DNA of 53,208 nucleotides from a virus (Duplodnaviria; Heunggongvirae; Uroviricota; Caudoviricetes): IMG/VR virus record IMGVR_UViG_2671181011_000016; one strand, 5' to 3'. Shown piece by piece: positions 18,079 to 27,202 of this stretch (position 1 is its first letter; each line of letters starts with the position of its first letter). The notes under the pieces were generated by a model. It saw only the letters and a program-made list of their open reading frames with translations, ran no database searches and was not told where the DNA came from. The position numbers and the translations under genes were made by a program.

Positions 18079-18465
18079 TTACATCCTCCCACTTTTACCT
18101 ATCCACAGCCCAGCGTGCGCGGTGTTCTGCGGATCCGCAGGAACCAATTCTGCGGTGCAGTGATTCTTGTCGAGGGAGTAAAGTAACGAGTAGGCAGCCT
18201 TCCATTTTTGATTGAAATCGACATATCGGTATGACTGGCTTGCGCCGTTCGTACCAGTATGCGAGGAAACGTATTTGTTAGCCTGGGTGAGTCCTAACAG
18301 GCCAATCAGATAAAGTTGAATTAATGTTGCAGTGGAGGCCGGATAGTTGGCATCAAGGCATTCGTTAACGCTGTTTGCCTGCTCCACCAGCAAAGATAAG
18401 ATAACGTCTGGCAGGTCAATACCCTGGCTTTCAAGATATTCCCGCGCCTGTTCTGTAGTGACCAT
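18079..18465 (-). CDS. head-tail connector protein (gp6-like, positional)
   Basis: 128 aa from the ATG with RBS GGAG (track ORF extends to 18501); directly downstream of the major capsid gene. Confidence 0.4.
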   Translation of the reverse strand: MVTTEQAREYLESQGIDLPDVILSLLVEQANSVNECLDANYPASTATLIQLYLIGLLGLTQANKYVSSHTGTNGASQSYRYVDFNQKWKAAYSLLYSLDKNHCTAELVPADPQNTAHAGLWIGKSGRM

Positions 18466-18530
18466 TTTGTTTGCTCCACATACAAAAAAAATCCCCGGCA
18501 TCGCGCCGGGGAGTTACAGGAAATGCGAAA

Positions 18531-19583
18531 TTATTTGTGACCGTAAACGACACCGGAACGGCCCAGCATGTCGCAGGTGATTTGTAAACCTTCGGCAGAC
18601 ATGATTTTGAAATTGTAGTTATCGGTAGGCATGGTGCGCGGCAGAGGCACTACGCCAGTAGTCATACCAACCAGCGGGGTAATGACGTTGCGGCGGCGTT
18701 GATAGGCAATGAACTCGTTGCCTTTCAGTGCATAGGTCTGACGGATCTCTTTAACCGGAATGAACGGTTTAACGATATTCAGAACACTGCCTACGACAGT
18801 CCCGTTTGCAATGTGCGGCGCTGCCAGGTTGGCCATAATTTCAGGTGACACCCACATGAGATCATACTGGTCAACGCGGTTGTTGCGGGCCATAACACCG
18901 AATGCACCAGTGGTGAAGAATTTGATGAGAGCATCGAATCCGTCAGTGGTGAGATCTTCGGAGGTCATGACTAGTTGCTGGGTATTGCGGTGATTTTTAA
19001 TACCCTGGCCAGGTTTACCGTTGACGTTGATTTTTGCGTTACCGTTAAGGTAATAATCAACGCGGGCCTTGTTGAATTTTTGCAGTTTCAGGCGCTGGCT
19101 ATCCAGTGCAAGGTCAATACCAACAGTTTTCAGACCTTCGGAATGACGCCAGCTGACACCGTAACCCGCTGCGAACATCGGGATCGGGTCGCCATCGCTG
19201 CCGTATTCAGTGTGATCAAAGCCGTGTGGCGCTTGACCATCAATACTAACGACAACTTCATCGTTAATATCACCGGATACGCTGTACATTTTCTCGGTTT
19301 TACCGATTGGCAATACGGTTTGCACAGACATCAAATCGTTTACGATTTCAATGCCAGTCTCTTCGGTGCTCATTTCGATAATCTGGTTATCGACAGCTTT
19401 CCAGAACTCCTGATCGAAGCCGCCAACGGCATTACATGCCAGGATGTCAGCGGTCATGTTTGCCATATTTGCGGCAATAAGAGCGCCGTCCTGATCATTG
19501 AACATGTTGCGCTGCGCCCAAAGGTGATCCCACTGGGCACGAATGCGGCTGTTGGTAGCAAGGTTGTGTTTATTAAACAACAT
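18531..19583 (-). CDS. major capsid protein
   Basis: 350 aa; RBS AAGAGGTGA; size and position between the decoration and connector genes fit an HK97-fold coat protein. Confidence 0.7.
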   Translation of the reverse strand: MLFNKHNLATNSRIRAQWDHLWAQRNMFNDQDGALIAANMANMTADILACNAVGGFDQEFWKAVDNQIIEMSTEETGIEIVNDLMSVQTVLPIGKTEKMYSVSGDINDEVVVSIDGQAPHGFDHTEYGSDGDPIPMFAAGYGVSWRHSEGLKTVGIDLALDSQRLKLQKFNKARVDYYLNGNAKINVNGKPGQGIKNHRNTQQLVMTSEDLTTDGFDALIKFFTTGAFGVMARNNRVDQYDLMWVSPEIMANLAAPHIANGTVVGSVLNIVKPFIPVKEIRQTYALKGNEFIAYQRRRNVITPLVGMTTGVVPLPRTMPTDNYNFKIMSAEGLQITCDMLGRSGVVYGHK

Positions 19584-19602
19584 AGTTTTTCACCTCTTAT
19601 TA

Positions 19603-20013
19603 TTATGCAACGCGGACACGTACAAAATCAGCCGCTTCAAGGGTTACAGTTTCCTGGCAGAAAGCGAAAACCGGATCGGCAGATTCACCAGTTGCCGCGA
19701 CCTTAAAGCCATCAGCACCAATGGTGATTCCTGCGTCTTTGGTGTAAGTACCTTCAGGAAGAAGAATTGCGAATTCGCGCCCTTCTTCTGCGTAGTCAGC
19801 GACCACGGAATGACCAACCGGGATCGCATCTTCAATGCCTAATCCTTCATGGTATGCCGGATTAACAACATAAATACGGCCTACGGTATCAGCGGCAGCA
19901 ACGAATTTACCGGCCGTCATTTTAACCGGGGTGCCTGGTTTAAGCTCTGCGGCAGATACTGCGGTTTCGGTAATAGATTTACCGTCAATATTCACACGAC
20001 GAAAACGGGCCAT
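19603..20013 (-). CDS. head decoration protein (lambda D-like)
   Basis: 136 aa; immediately upstream of the capsid gene, as gpD is of gpE in lambda. Confidence 0.5.
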   Translation of the reverse strand: MARFRRVNIDGKSITETAVSAAELKPGTPVKMTAGKFVAAADTVGRIYVVNPAYHEGLGIEDAIPVGHSVVADYAEEGREFAILLPEGTYTKDAGITIGADGFKVAATGESADPVFAFCQETVTLEAADFVRVRVA

Positions 20014-20023
20014 AATTCACCTC

Positions 20024-21310
20024 TTATGCGAAATAGTTGTTAATGTCAGGGGTAGCAGGTTTATTTCCACCAGCGGCGGAGTTTGCTGCCATTGGTGCTG
20101 CTTTACCCAGGGATTTAAACATTGCTTCTAACGCTTCCCCACTTAATGCGTTAGCAACAATTTCGCCGTGCACTTTTGCTACTGCGGCGCGTTTTTCTGC
20201 TACTTCTTTATTTGCGTTTGCTGCGATCTCTTCTTTAATCGCTTTCTGATTGGTCTGTAATTCTTCTACGCTTGCCTGTACTGGTTTAAGTGCTTCAGCT
20301 ACTGCACTGGCGATATTAGCGGATAAACCTTCGTTAATTTCTTTTACCAGTTCGGCGCGTTCTTCTTTGGTCAAAGGCATGGGATCGTCCTCCGATTTAT
20401 TGGCCTTAATTTTTTCATTCAGTGAGAAAAGATTGGATAGGTGTTCAGCGAACTGAGCGAACCATGATTTACTTTCTTCATTGGTTGCAAGCTCGCCATT
20501 ATTGAGAATTATTTTATCAGCCTGTTTTTCATACGTGCAAACTTGAGCATTTTCAGCGTTAGTAGCAATCGTCACTTCTTTATCAGTGAAGTCCACGACA
20601 TAGACATAATCTGCATCGGGGAACAGTTTACGCGCCGCTTCCTCAAGTTGTCTTTCAAGCGTGCGATAGCTGTTTTCTTTCATTGCCACCGCCATTAACG
20701 GCTTCGCCTGGTCAGTGTTAACCATCAGGCCAACGCCCTGTTCAGGCGATGCGGCTGGCGGTTCATGCAGTAAGATGGCGTCATGGTCAATCGACATGAT
20801 TTTGACAACGCTGTCAGCACCCTGGGCTTTCATCTCTTCAGTAGCTGGCATACGCTGACGATATACGGCAACAGATGACCAGATCGGATCTTTGCTTTCG
20901 CCTTTTTCCAGCGCTTCCAGTCGGCTTAATAATTCGCGTCCTTGTGCTGAATGGCTGGCGGTTTCCACATCCACCCATTTTTCCACATAAACACGGTTGC
21001 CGCGTAATTCAACATTTCTGTTCCACGCTCCGCAAAAGCCAATATTCAGACCTTCCGGGCTAAATGCGGAAACAAATTCGCCGTCAACCGTAGGATGACC
21101 CAGCGGTGCGAGCGTGCCTTCCAGAGATTGATAATTAGCAATGATTTCAGCTTCCGGGTAATATTCCCGATTCATAACGATATTGAAGGGCAACGTATAT
21201 GACGGGACTACAATGTGTTCACGCCCGTTATATGTTTCCCGGCGGATGGTGTTAGCGGTTAATTTGGTATTAACCTGAATCAGTTCTTTACTCACGGTTT
21301 TTACTCCCAA
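20024..21310 (-). CDS. prohead protease / scaffolding protein
   Basis: 428 aa; globular N-terminal half and Ala/Glu/Lys-rich coiled-coil C-terminal half typical of protease-scaffold fusions; positional. Confidence 0.5.
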   Translation of the reverse strand: MGVKTVSKELIQVNTKLTANTIRRETYNGREHIVVPSYTLPFNIVMNREYYPEAEIIANYQSLEGTLAPLGHPTVDGEFVSAFSPEGLNIGFCGAWNRNVELRGNRVYVEKWVDVETASHSAQGRELLSRLEALEKGESKDPIWSSVAVYRQRMPATEEMKAQGADSVVKIMSIDHDAILLHEPPAASPEQGVGLMVNTDQAKPLMAVAMKENSYRTLERQLEEAARKLFPDADYVYVVDFTDKEVTIATNAENAQVCTYEKQADKIILNNGELATNEESKSWFAQFAEHLSNLFSLNEKIKANKSEDDPMPLTKEERAELVKEINEGLSANIASAVAEALKPVQASVEELQTNQKAIKEEIAANANKEVAEKRAAVAKVHGEIVANALSGEALEAMFKSLGKAAPMAANSAAGGNKPATPDINNYFA

Positions 21311-22245
21311 TCTTCGCCATATTTAGCGTGCGCAACTTTGTAGTTTTCTTGCGCCCGATCTAATATTCGTTTGTTTAATATATTACCGTCTTCGTCAACC
21401 AATACGGTAATCGTGCTACATTTGCAGTTAATAGAATTAGGGGATCTGCTCCACCATTCGCGCTGCTCTTCTATGGTGTACGTTTTCCCGTGCCGCTGTG
21501 CGTGTGACAGCCTGGTTGTCGGTGATAATGCCGAAATGTGCATCTGCATAGTGCGCAAGTTAAGCTCATCCGATGCGGCCTCTGCCTCATCCATACGCGC
21601 TGTGCGTAACGCTGTGCATATTTCAGTACGGGCAATACGTTTGCACCTGTATAGCGGCAATTGCGTTTCCTGCTGCAATGTACGCGCTATTTCGAGTGGG
21701 TTTAAGCCACGGGCCATGCCTTCAGTTAATCGGCGGGCCATATCCTTCTTGATCTGTGCGGTAAGCCCGCGCATCTCTTCAAATACACGGGTACGGACCA
21801 GGGCAAGGCGTGTGCGATAGGTCTGACTGGTTAATACCGCCGACACTTCAGGATAAGCCCTGGAATATGTGACTGACTGGTTAGCGAGGTTGGCATATTC
21901 CTGTGAAGTGCCGCGCTGATATGCCACCTTCACGTATTCCTGCCAGAACCAGAAGTTTTCCGGGTCTGTTAACTCGAATATTTCATCAATCATGTCGCTG
22001 GCGTCTTCCAGCAAATCATGCAATTCGTCGATGTAGATCTGGAAGGTGTATTTTTTATTAACAGCCAGGGTGTATTGTATTCTGTCCAGTATGGCGATAT
22101 ACGGATCCGCAACTTTCTTCAGGCAGGCTTTAAAACGCTTGATAGCACCAGACCTTAACTTCCCTGTCATGGTCGGGTCTTCGGTGTTAGATGGCATTAT
22201 CGCGGCTGGAGGTATTCGCCTGATTATCTTCTTCACCCTCATCAT
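21301..22245 (-). CDS. head morphogenesis protein (Mu F / SPP1 gp7-like)
   Basis: 314 aa; position right after the portal gene; basic C-terminal region; RBS GAGGAGGA. Confidence 0.5.
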   Translation of the reverse strand: MMRVKKIIRRIPPAAIMPSNTEDPTMTGKLRSGAIKRFKACLKKVADPYIAILDRIQYTLAVNKKYTFQIYIDELHDLLEDASDMIDEIFELTDPENFWFWQEYVKVAYQRGTSQEYANLANQSVTYSRAYPEVSAVLTSQTYRTRLALVRTRVFEEMRGLTAQIKKDMARRLTEGMARGLNPLEIARTLQQETQLPLYRCKRIARTEICTALRTARMDEAEAASDELNLRTMQMHISALSPTTRLSHAQRHGKTYTIEEQREWWSRSPNSINCKCSTITVLVDEDGNILNKRILDRAQENYKVAHAKYGEDWE

Positions 22246-23557
22246 CGTCCTCCTCTTCCGTTTCTACTTCACTGGCTGGGCCATCGTATCCGGCAGCCTC
22301 GCGGATCTCGTCACCGCTAAATATTTCTTCACCAGTAGCCAGACAAGCCTGATTGATTTGTGCCATTTTGTATGCCGCCTCCAGTAGTTCGGCTTTGGTC
22401 ATGGCGTTCAGGTCGTCCCATATCACTGATATATCTACTGGCATACTGATAAGGCGTAGCGCTGCCATCTTGCTAAACAGATCTTCAAGCTCACCCCCAA
22501 TTTCCTCCCTGCGGGTCATGCATCGGCTGTTGAAGTAGCGGAGGTCTTCGGTTGATGCGCGTTCGCCTTGCTGGTTCCCTACCAGGATGCGGGTCGGAAT
22601 ATCAATACCAGCGGCGGCGGTTTGCAGGTTGACGTCATAGGTTGCTGACGGGTCAGATACGGCAGTCACCAGCGGGCTTACTGTTGCCCCTTGTAATGCC
22701 ATCATCACGTCGTTACCTTTATTCATTTCATCCGCTGCTTCGTTGAATTTTTCGCGCAGCTCTGTGACGTCGCATCCGTATGTAGCTGCCAGCGACCGGA
22801 AGTCAATATCCTTGTCGAACGAGATAGCAAGCTGGCGTGCAGCGTTTTTCAGGAATGATTCACCGCTACCACCTTCCACTTTCTCAAGTGACACAAAGGC
22901 GTTATAGGACGGTTCAAGGAAGGCGATAGCATCATCAGAATAGTCACCAAAGATGAATATGCGATCAGGATGGATTCTTCTTGCTATGGTCTTACTGTTA
23001 ATGCGTTCCTTGTATTCCCACCACGTCGGCAGGCCATAATTTTCATTATCCGGGTTTTCTTCGAAGTCCTTCGGCGTCAGAGCACCAGCCCATGCCGGGG
23101 TAAATTTGGCAATGCCTACTCCTTTTGTCACAGGCTGGTCCCACGCCTTACCATCTCTGACATGAATCAACAGGCCAGCATAACGACCAATGAGGCGGCG
23201 GCGATCACATTCGGCAATGGTGCGCCAAAACCTGTTGTCGAATTGTTTCTTGATTTCTCTTTCCCAGGGTGTTTCCTTTTCGGCTTTCTCGTCTTCGGTT
23301 CCTTCGATTAGCGTTGGCATGGTTCGCCAGCAAGTTGTAACAATCTTCTCTACAGCACCGTGAGCGATACCACCGCGCCTGTACAGTTTGTATAGATCGT
23401 CGTACGTGATCTCTTCTTTGAATCCGTATTCACTCCATGCAGCATCGCGTTTGGCATCTATCCCCATAGTGAATGGGTGGGCTGCGGCATAGCGGGCATA
23501 TGCAGCCTGGCGTTGAGACAAGGCAGCATTAACCGCCAATTCTAAATTGGATGGCAT
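22187..23557 (-). CDS. portal protein
   Basis: about 456 aa from the ATG with RBS AGGAGT (track ORF extends to 23578); acidic C-terminal tail; between TerL and the morphogenesis gene. Confidence 0.75.
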   Translation of the reverse strand: MPSNLELAVNAALSQRQAAYARYAAAHPFTMGIDAKRDAAWSEYGFKEEITYDDLYKLYRRGGIAHGAVEKIVTTCWRTMPTLIEGTEDEKAEKETPWEREIKKQFDNRFWRTIAECDRRRLIGRYAGLLIHVRDGKAWDQPVTKGVGIAKFTPAWAGALTPKDFEENPDNENYGLPTWWEYKERINSKTIARRIHPDRIFIFGDYSDDAIAFLEPSYNAFVSLEKVEGGSGESFLKNAARQLAISFDKDIDFRSLAATYGCDVTELREKFNEAADEMNKGNDVMMALQGATVSPLVTAVSDPSATYDVNLQTAAAGIDIPTRILVGNQQGERASTEDLRYFNSRCMTRREEIGGELEDLFSKMAALRLISMPVDISVIWDDLNAMTKAELLEAAYKMAQINQACLATGEEIFSGDEIREAAGYDGPASEVETEEEDDDEGEEDNQANTSSRDNAI

Positions 23558-23635
23558 AATGTTTACTCCTGAATACATGTTTACGCGTTGCTACGCGAAA
23601 AATAGAAAAACTTGTGGGGGATTGTGAGTCAGATT

Positions 23636-25114
23636 TTAAAATCCGCGCAGGCGCTTCGGTAACATGAGGCCCATCGCCTGTGGCTGGCTTAGTTCGGTAA
23701 TACCCCATACCATCGCGTCCATACGGTCAGGGGATTTTTTAGCGGTAGCTGGCACGTATTCCATCATTTGATTTTCCAGCGTGTACAGACTGCCAGTGTG
23801 TGCCACTCTGCCTTGTGCATATAGTGCAGATATTGGTTCGGCACGGGCGAATTTACCTTTGCTTGCGTGCACCTTAACAATGCGGCCTTTGAACCCTGCA
23901 TTGCGTAGTGTGGCCTCTGCCATGTCACCGCCCTGGTTGGTTTCGATAACCATCGCGTCAGCTTCATGGATGTCATATGCTTTCATGGATGCTTGCGCCC
24001 AGTCGTTAGGCGACATGCGGCCTGAATAGTCACCATCAACAGAATACTGAGCATTCTTACCGCCACCATATGCGGAACACGCCACGATCCCCGTTTCGTC
24101 AGATTCATCAGATGACGTTGTCGCCGGGTCGATGGCTATCACCGTGCGGATCTTGTCCTGCGTTATCTGCATCCGGTGCGCTGCGGTTATCATCGCTTCA
24201 GTCCACAATGCACCCTCTTCGTCGAATTTACGCGGGCGCTGCATGTACTGGGCCTCAAATGACCGCCTGTGTGCTTTCAGTCCAGCTTCATGGGCGTCAT
24301 TGTGCTTTTTAGGCCATAGCCAGCCGTCTGGCAGGTTGTGAGGAATAGGGATTGCGAACTCGTTTTCAGGGTACAAATCCCGGTAGTCAACGCTGTTGTC
24401 GATCTTCACTGGCAGGTTCAGGTGATGCCATTTCTCACCACTTCCACCGCGTAGCAGGTAGCCGGACAAATCATCGTAGTGGATGCGCTGCATGATGACG
24501 ATAACAGGCGTCGTTTGCACTGCCAGGCGTGAAGCAAGCGTGTCGTTATAGTTAGTGTTTACCTGCTTTCTCACCACGTCAGAGTAAGCGTCGGCGGGCT
24601 TTAATGGGTCGTCGATGATTAACGCGCCGTTAAATCCTGGTTCCATATACCCCGCACGGAACCCAGTAACCTGGCCAAGCGATGAAGTTGCATACACGCC
24701 GCCACCGTATTCAGTCCACCACATCGATTTACTGTTTGCATCGTTGCGGATCTTCATGGGCCACATTGCCTGATACTCAGGCGTACAGATCATGTTTCTT
24801 ACAGTTGAGGAGTTGAGTAGCGCCAGGTTGTTGGAATAGGAAACGTGAAGGAATCGTGTGCGGGGATTTATTGCGAGGGACCGCGCCATCATGTTGATAG
24901 TAGCGATCATGGTTTTGCCGTACCCTGGGGGGATGTTGATGATGAGTCGGGTTATCTCACCATTAATAACGCGTTGCAGTGCGTCGCGGATAGCTAAATG
25001 ATGGCCTGAGATTAACATCTTCGTTCCGTTCGCTTGCTTGTAAAAGTAGCGATTGAAAAACAGGCCATCGTTTTCACATTTGGACTGAATAACTCGTTCT
25101 TTGATTGTCAGCAT
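23636..25114 (-). CDS. terminase large subunit
   Basis: 492 aa; Walker A-like PPGYGKT near the N-terminus; C-terminal nuclease-like region with acidic residues; RBS GAGGTG. Confidence 0.9.
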   Translation of the reverse strand: MLTIKERVIQSKCENDGLFFNRYFYKQANGTKMLISGHHLAIRDALQRVINGEITRLIINIPPGYGKTMIATINMMARSLAINPRTRFLHVSYSNNLALLNSSTVRNMICTPEYQAMWPMKIRNDANSKSMWWTEYGGGVYATSSLGQVTGFRAGYMEPGFNGALIIDDPLKPADAYSDVVRKQVNTNYNDTLASRLAVQTTPVIVIMQRIHYDDLSGYLLRGGSGEKWHHLNLPVKIDNSVDYRDLYPENEFAIPIPHNLPDGWLWPKKHNDAHEAGLKAHRRSFEAQYMQRPRKFDEEGALWTEAMITAAHRMQITQDKIRTVIAIDPATTSSDESDETGIVACSAYGGGKNAQYSVDGDYSGRMSPNDWAQASMKAYDIHEADAMVIETNQGGDMAEATLRNAGFKGRIVKVHASKGKFARAEPISALYAQGRVAHTGSLYTLENQMMEYVPATAKKSPDRMDAMVWGITELSQPQAMGLMLPKRLRGF

Positions 25115-25116
25115 AA

Positions 25117-25602
25117 TCACACCTCATCTTCTACTTCCTGAACGATGCGGGCGATCTCTTCTTTTGTGACTTCTACCTGTACGGGCGCTTCTTCCCTGTT
25201 GCCTACGATTTCCTGCGTAACGCGTTCGCCATACTTACGCGGTTGCAGTTTTGCCAATAGCCATTTACGGGTTTCAATCATCAATTGATGGCGGCGGCAT
25301 TGGTCTTTATCGGTGTTCTCCGCTGCATCGGCTATGTCGATAATCTCATCAGCCAATACCTCAAAACCGATCTCCTTCGCGCGCATGTACATGTCCGAGA
25401 ACCCTGGCACGTCTCTGAACCATTTAAGGATTGTTGAACGCGCAGGCATATCAGGCATCTTCGAAATTTTGTTAATACTCTGACCGTCCGCCACCAGCTC
25501 ACAGATTTCTAATGCCTTTTCTTCGGTATAACCATGCGGACGGCCCGTCTTTTTGGCTGCTGGCTTTTTGTCTTCAGCATTTGCCTTTTTAGTGCGGGCC
25601 AT
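25117..25602 (-). CDS. terminase small subunit
   Basis: 161 aa; Lys-rich N-terminus, HTH-like segment, acidic C-terminus; immediately upstream of and overlapping TerL; RBS AGGTGA. Confidence 0.65.
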   Translation of the reverse strand: MARTKKANAEDKKPAAKKTGRPHGYTEEKALEICELVADGQSINKISKMPDMPARSTILKWFRDVPGFSDMYMRAKEIGFEVLADEIIDIADAAENTDKDQCRRHQLMIETRKWLLAKLQPRKYGERVTQEIVGNREEAPVQVEVTKEEIARIVQEVEDEV

Positions 25603-25612
25603 ATTTCACCTC

Positions 25613-25696
25613 TTAATATTTGTTGATGATATATACGCAAGCCACAAAACTTGCGCAGTATGTTAATACTTCCAACCAGTCGAATAGCTCTTTCAT
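25613..25696 (-). CDS. micro-protein P11 (27 aa, single TM)
   Basis: MKELFDWLEVLTYCASFVACVYIINKY; RBS GAAGGG. Confidence 0.5.
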   Translation of the reverse strand: MKELFDWLEVLTYCASFVACVYIINKY

Positions 25697-25706
25697 TGTT
25701 TACCCT

Positions 25707-25778
25707 TCACATAATAGAAAGCGCCCAGGTAATAAGGACGATAGCCAAAACCATATAGATAAAATCTGACTCTCTCAT
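25707..25778 (-). CDS. micro-protein P10 (23 aa, single TM)
   Basis: MRESDFIYMVLAIVLITWALSIM; RBS AGGATGG. Confidence 0.5.
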   Translation of the reverse strand: MRESDFIYMVLAIVLITWALSIM

Positions 25779-25853
25779 GTTGTCCATCCTGCTTACGCGA
25801 AGAAAACGATAACAACTAACAGCGAACTTATAGCTATGATTAAGAAATCACTG

Positions 25854-25928
25854 TCAGACATTGATAATAAACCCCACAATTACAACCGCTGCGATACATA
25901 CGAATAATACAGCTTCGATAGTTTCCAT
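25854..25928 (-). CDS. micro-protein P9 (24 aa, single TM)
   Basis: METIEAVLFVCIAAVVIVGFIINV; RBS AGGTGA. Confidence 0.5.
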   Translation of the reverse strand: METIEAVLFVCIAAVVIVGFIINV

Positions 25929-25936
25929 ATATTCAC

Positions 25937-26005
25937 CTATTGAGTCAGTGCGATCATAGTGAGAACAATTGCGACAATCAGGAAAAAGAAATCAAGCCAT
26001 TTCAT
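25937..26005 (-). CDS. micro-protein P8 (22 aa, single TM)
   Basis: MKWLDFFFLIVAIVLTMIALTQ; ATGA overlap with P7 stop; RBS GGGAG. Confidence 0.5.
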   Translation of the reverse strand: MKWLDFFFLIVAIVLTMIALTQ

Positions 26006-26082
26006 TTTTTAAACTCCCGATACACATCAACAGCAATGACTACAACTACAGCCACCAGCAATAGCATTTCGTATGCGTTCAT
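26002..26082 (-). CDS. micro-protein P7 (26 aa, single TM)
   Basis: MNAYEMLLLVAVVVVIAVDVYREFKK; ATGA overlap with P6 stop. Confidence 0.5.
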   Translation of the reverse strand: MNAYEMLLLVAVVVVIAVDVYREFKK

Positions 26083-26177
26083 TTGATGCTACCCATAACA
26101 AGGCCGATAATGATAATTATGGCGACAATGCCCACCATCATTCCGAACATAATCGCCAGTAATTCGAATATATCCAT
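26079..26177 (-). CDS. micro-protein P6 (32 aa, single TM)
   Basis: MDIFELLAIMFGMMVGIVAIIIIIGLVMGSIK; RBS AGGTGA; inside the longer track ORF 26079..26282. Confidence 0.5.
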   Translation of the reverse strand: MDIFELLAIMFGMMVGIVAIIIIIGLVMGSIK

Positions 26178-26185
26178 GCCGTCAC

Positions 26186-26260
26186 CTATACAACATTCTT
26201 CAACCACAGATACATGATGACGGCGAGCGTTGAGCACCATATGAGATCGTAAATACTCAT
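26186..26260 (-). CDS. micro-protein P5 (24 aa, single TM)
   Basis: MSIYDLIWCSTLAVIMYLWLKNVV; RBS GAAGGTG. Confidence 0.45.
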   Translation of the reverse strand: MSIYDLIWCSTLAVIMYLWLKNVV

Positions 26261-26271
26261 AATGAACACCT

Positions 26272-26346
26272 TCAGCTTTCAATGAATATCATGATCGCCA
26301 GCCATACGGCTACGCATAAGAAAAGAATAACGAGCGGGTCTACCAT
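26272..26346 (-). CDS. micro-protein P4 (24 aa, single TM)
   Basis: MVDPLVILFLCVAVWLAIMIFIES; RBS AAAGGTGAG; start overlaps P3 stop. Confidence 0.5.
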   Translation of the reverse strand: MVDPLVILFLCVAVWLAIMIFIES

Positions 26347-26438
26347 AACTCACCTTTACCAAATAGAATTACGATAATCAGTTCAGTTATAAAGGCAGCG
26401 ACGAACAACCACGCAAGGCATAAATCAATAAAGTCCAT
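26340..26438 (-). CDS. micro-protein P3 (32 aa, single TM)
   Basis: MDFIDLCLAWLFVAAFITELIIVILFGKGELW; RBS GGGGTGAG. Confidence 0.5.
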   Translation of the reverse strand: MDFIDLCLAWLFVAAFITELIIVILFGKGELW

Positions 26439-26446
26439 GCTCACCC

Positions 26447-26542
26447 CTAACATTTACTCTTTGTGGCTATTAGCACAGCGATAATAAAACCCACCAGGAA
26501 TACAGAAACGCCGATCAATCCGGCGATAACGTAAGCGTCCAT
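26447..26542 (-). CDS. micro-protein P2 (31 aa, single TM)
   Basis: MDAYVIAGLIGVSVFLVGFIIAVLIATKSKC; RBS GGGGAG. Confidence 0.5.
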   Translation of the reverse strand: MDAYVIAGLIGVSVFLVGFIIAVLIATKSKC

Positions 26543-26547
26543 ATCAT

Positions 26548-26615
26548 TACTCCCCAACCAGCAATATTACAGCCGCAGCCATTCCGATAAATAAACCTAA
26601 CAGGAAAGTAACCAT
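26548..26615 (-). CDS. micro-protein P1 (22 aa, single TM)
   Basis: MVTFLLGLFIGMAAAVILLVGE; RBS GAGGGTGA; ATG 2 nt after the stop of the HExxH gene. Confidence 0.5.
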
Positions 26616-26617
26616 AA

Positions 26618-27202
26618 TCACCCTCGTTTAAAGCTCATTACACGCGGTACAAGCGCTTCTTTTGCTTTAGGCTTACGTTTGCCTTTCTTGGCTGGTTTTT
26701 TCTCTTCTTTCGGCTCCTCTGCCTGCTCAACTGCCTGTTCTGCTGCATCAGTCGCCTTTTCCGCCTGGTCTAATGCCTTCTCTACGACTTCAGCGGCCTG
26801 CATAGCTGCCAACTGTGCTTCATTAGACTCAGCCAGGATCGGGAAGAATGCGTCAAAGATGCGGCCCACCATGTAAGCATAAGTCTCGTTCGCCGGATGG
26901 CTTGGATCAGTGGTCGCCACGACGCCAACATCGCTTAAAACGTGGAACGTAGTGTGGGCCGCTTCATGGACCAGCGTTCCTAACTCATTATCGAACACTG
27001 CGATCACGTAGAAGTTACCGCCTTTCTCGCCAGTGCAAGTAAGCGTCAATCCTCCTGCCAGTTCAAAATCAGGTTCAATCGGAATCCCTGCCTTTTCGCA
27101 AAATTCATAGAACATGTCGCGAGTCGGGCAGAAGAAAACTGTTGTATGCTCAAAGAGCGGGACTTTGAATTGAGGCAACTTAATGCCTTTACCCTTAGCC
27201 AT
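26618..27202 (-). CDS. hypothetical protein with HExxH motif and charged low-complexity C-terminal tail
   Basis: 194 aa; motif LVHEAAHTTFH (zinc-metallopeptidase-like HExxH); C-terminal Ala/Glu/Gln-rich then Lys-rich tail. Confidence 0.55.
   Translation of the reverse strand: MAKGKGIKLPQFKVPLFEHTTVFFCPTRDMFYEFCEKAGIPIEPDFELAGGLTLTCTGEKGGNFYVIAVFDNELGTLVHEAAHTTFHVLSDVGVVATTDPSHPANETYAYMVGRIFDAFFPILAESNEAQLAAMQAAEVVEKALDQAEKATDAAEQAVEQAEEPKEEKKPAKKGKRKPKAKEALVPRVMSFKRG

Noticed and set aside
26079-26282. 67-aa ORF from the six-frame track
   Set aside because: Its 5' part lacks an RBS and overlaps micro-gene P5; the region is better explained by two separate RBS-led micro-genes (P5 and P6)
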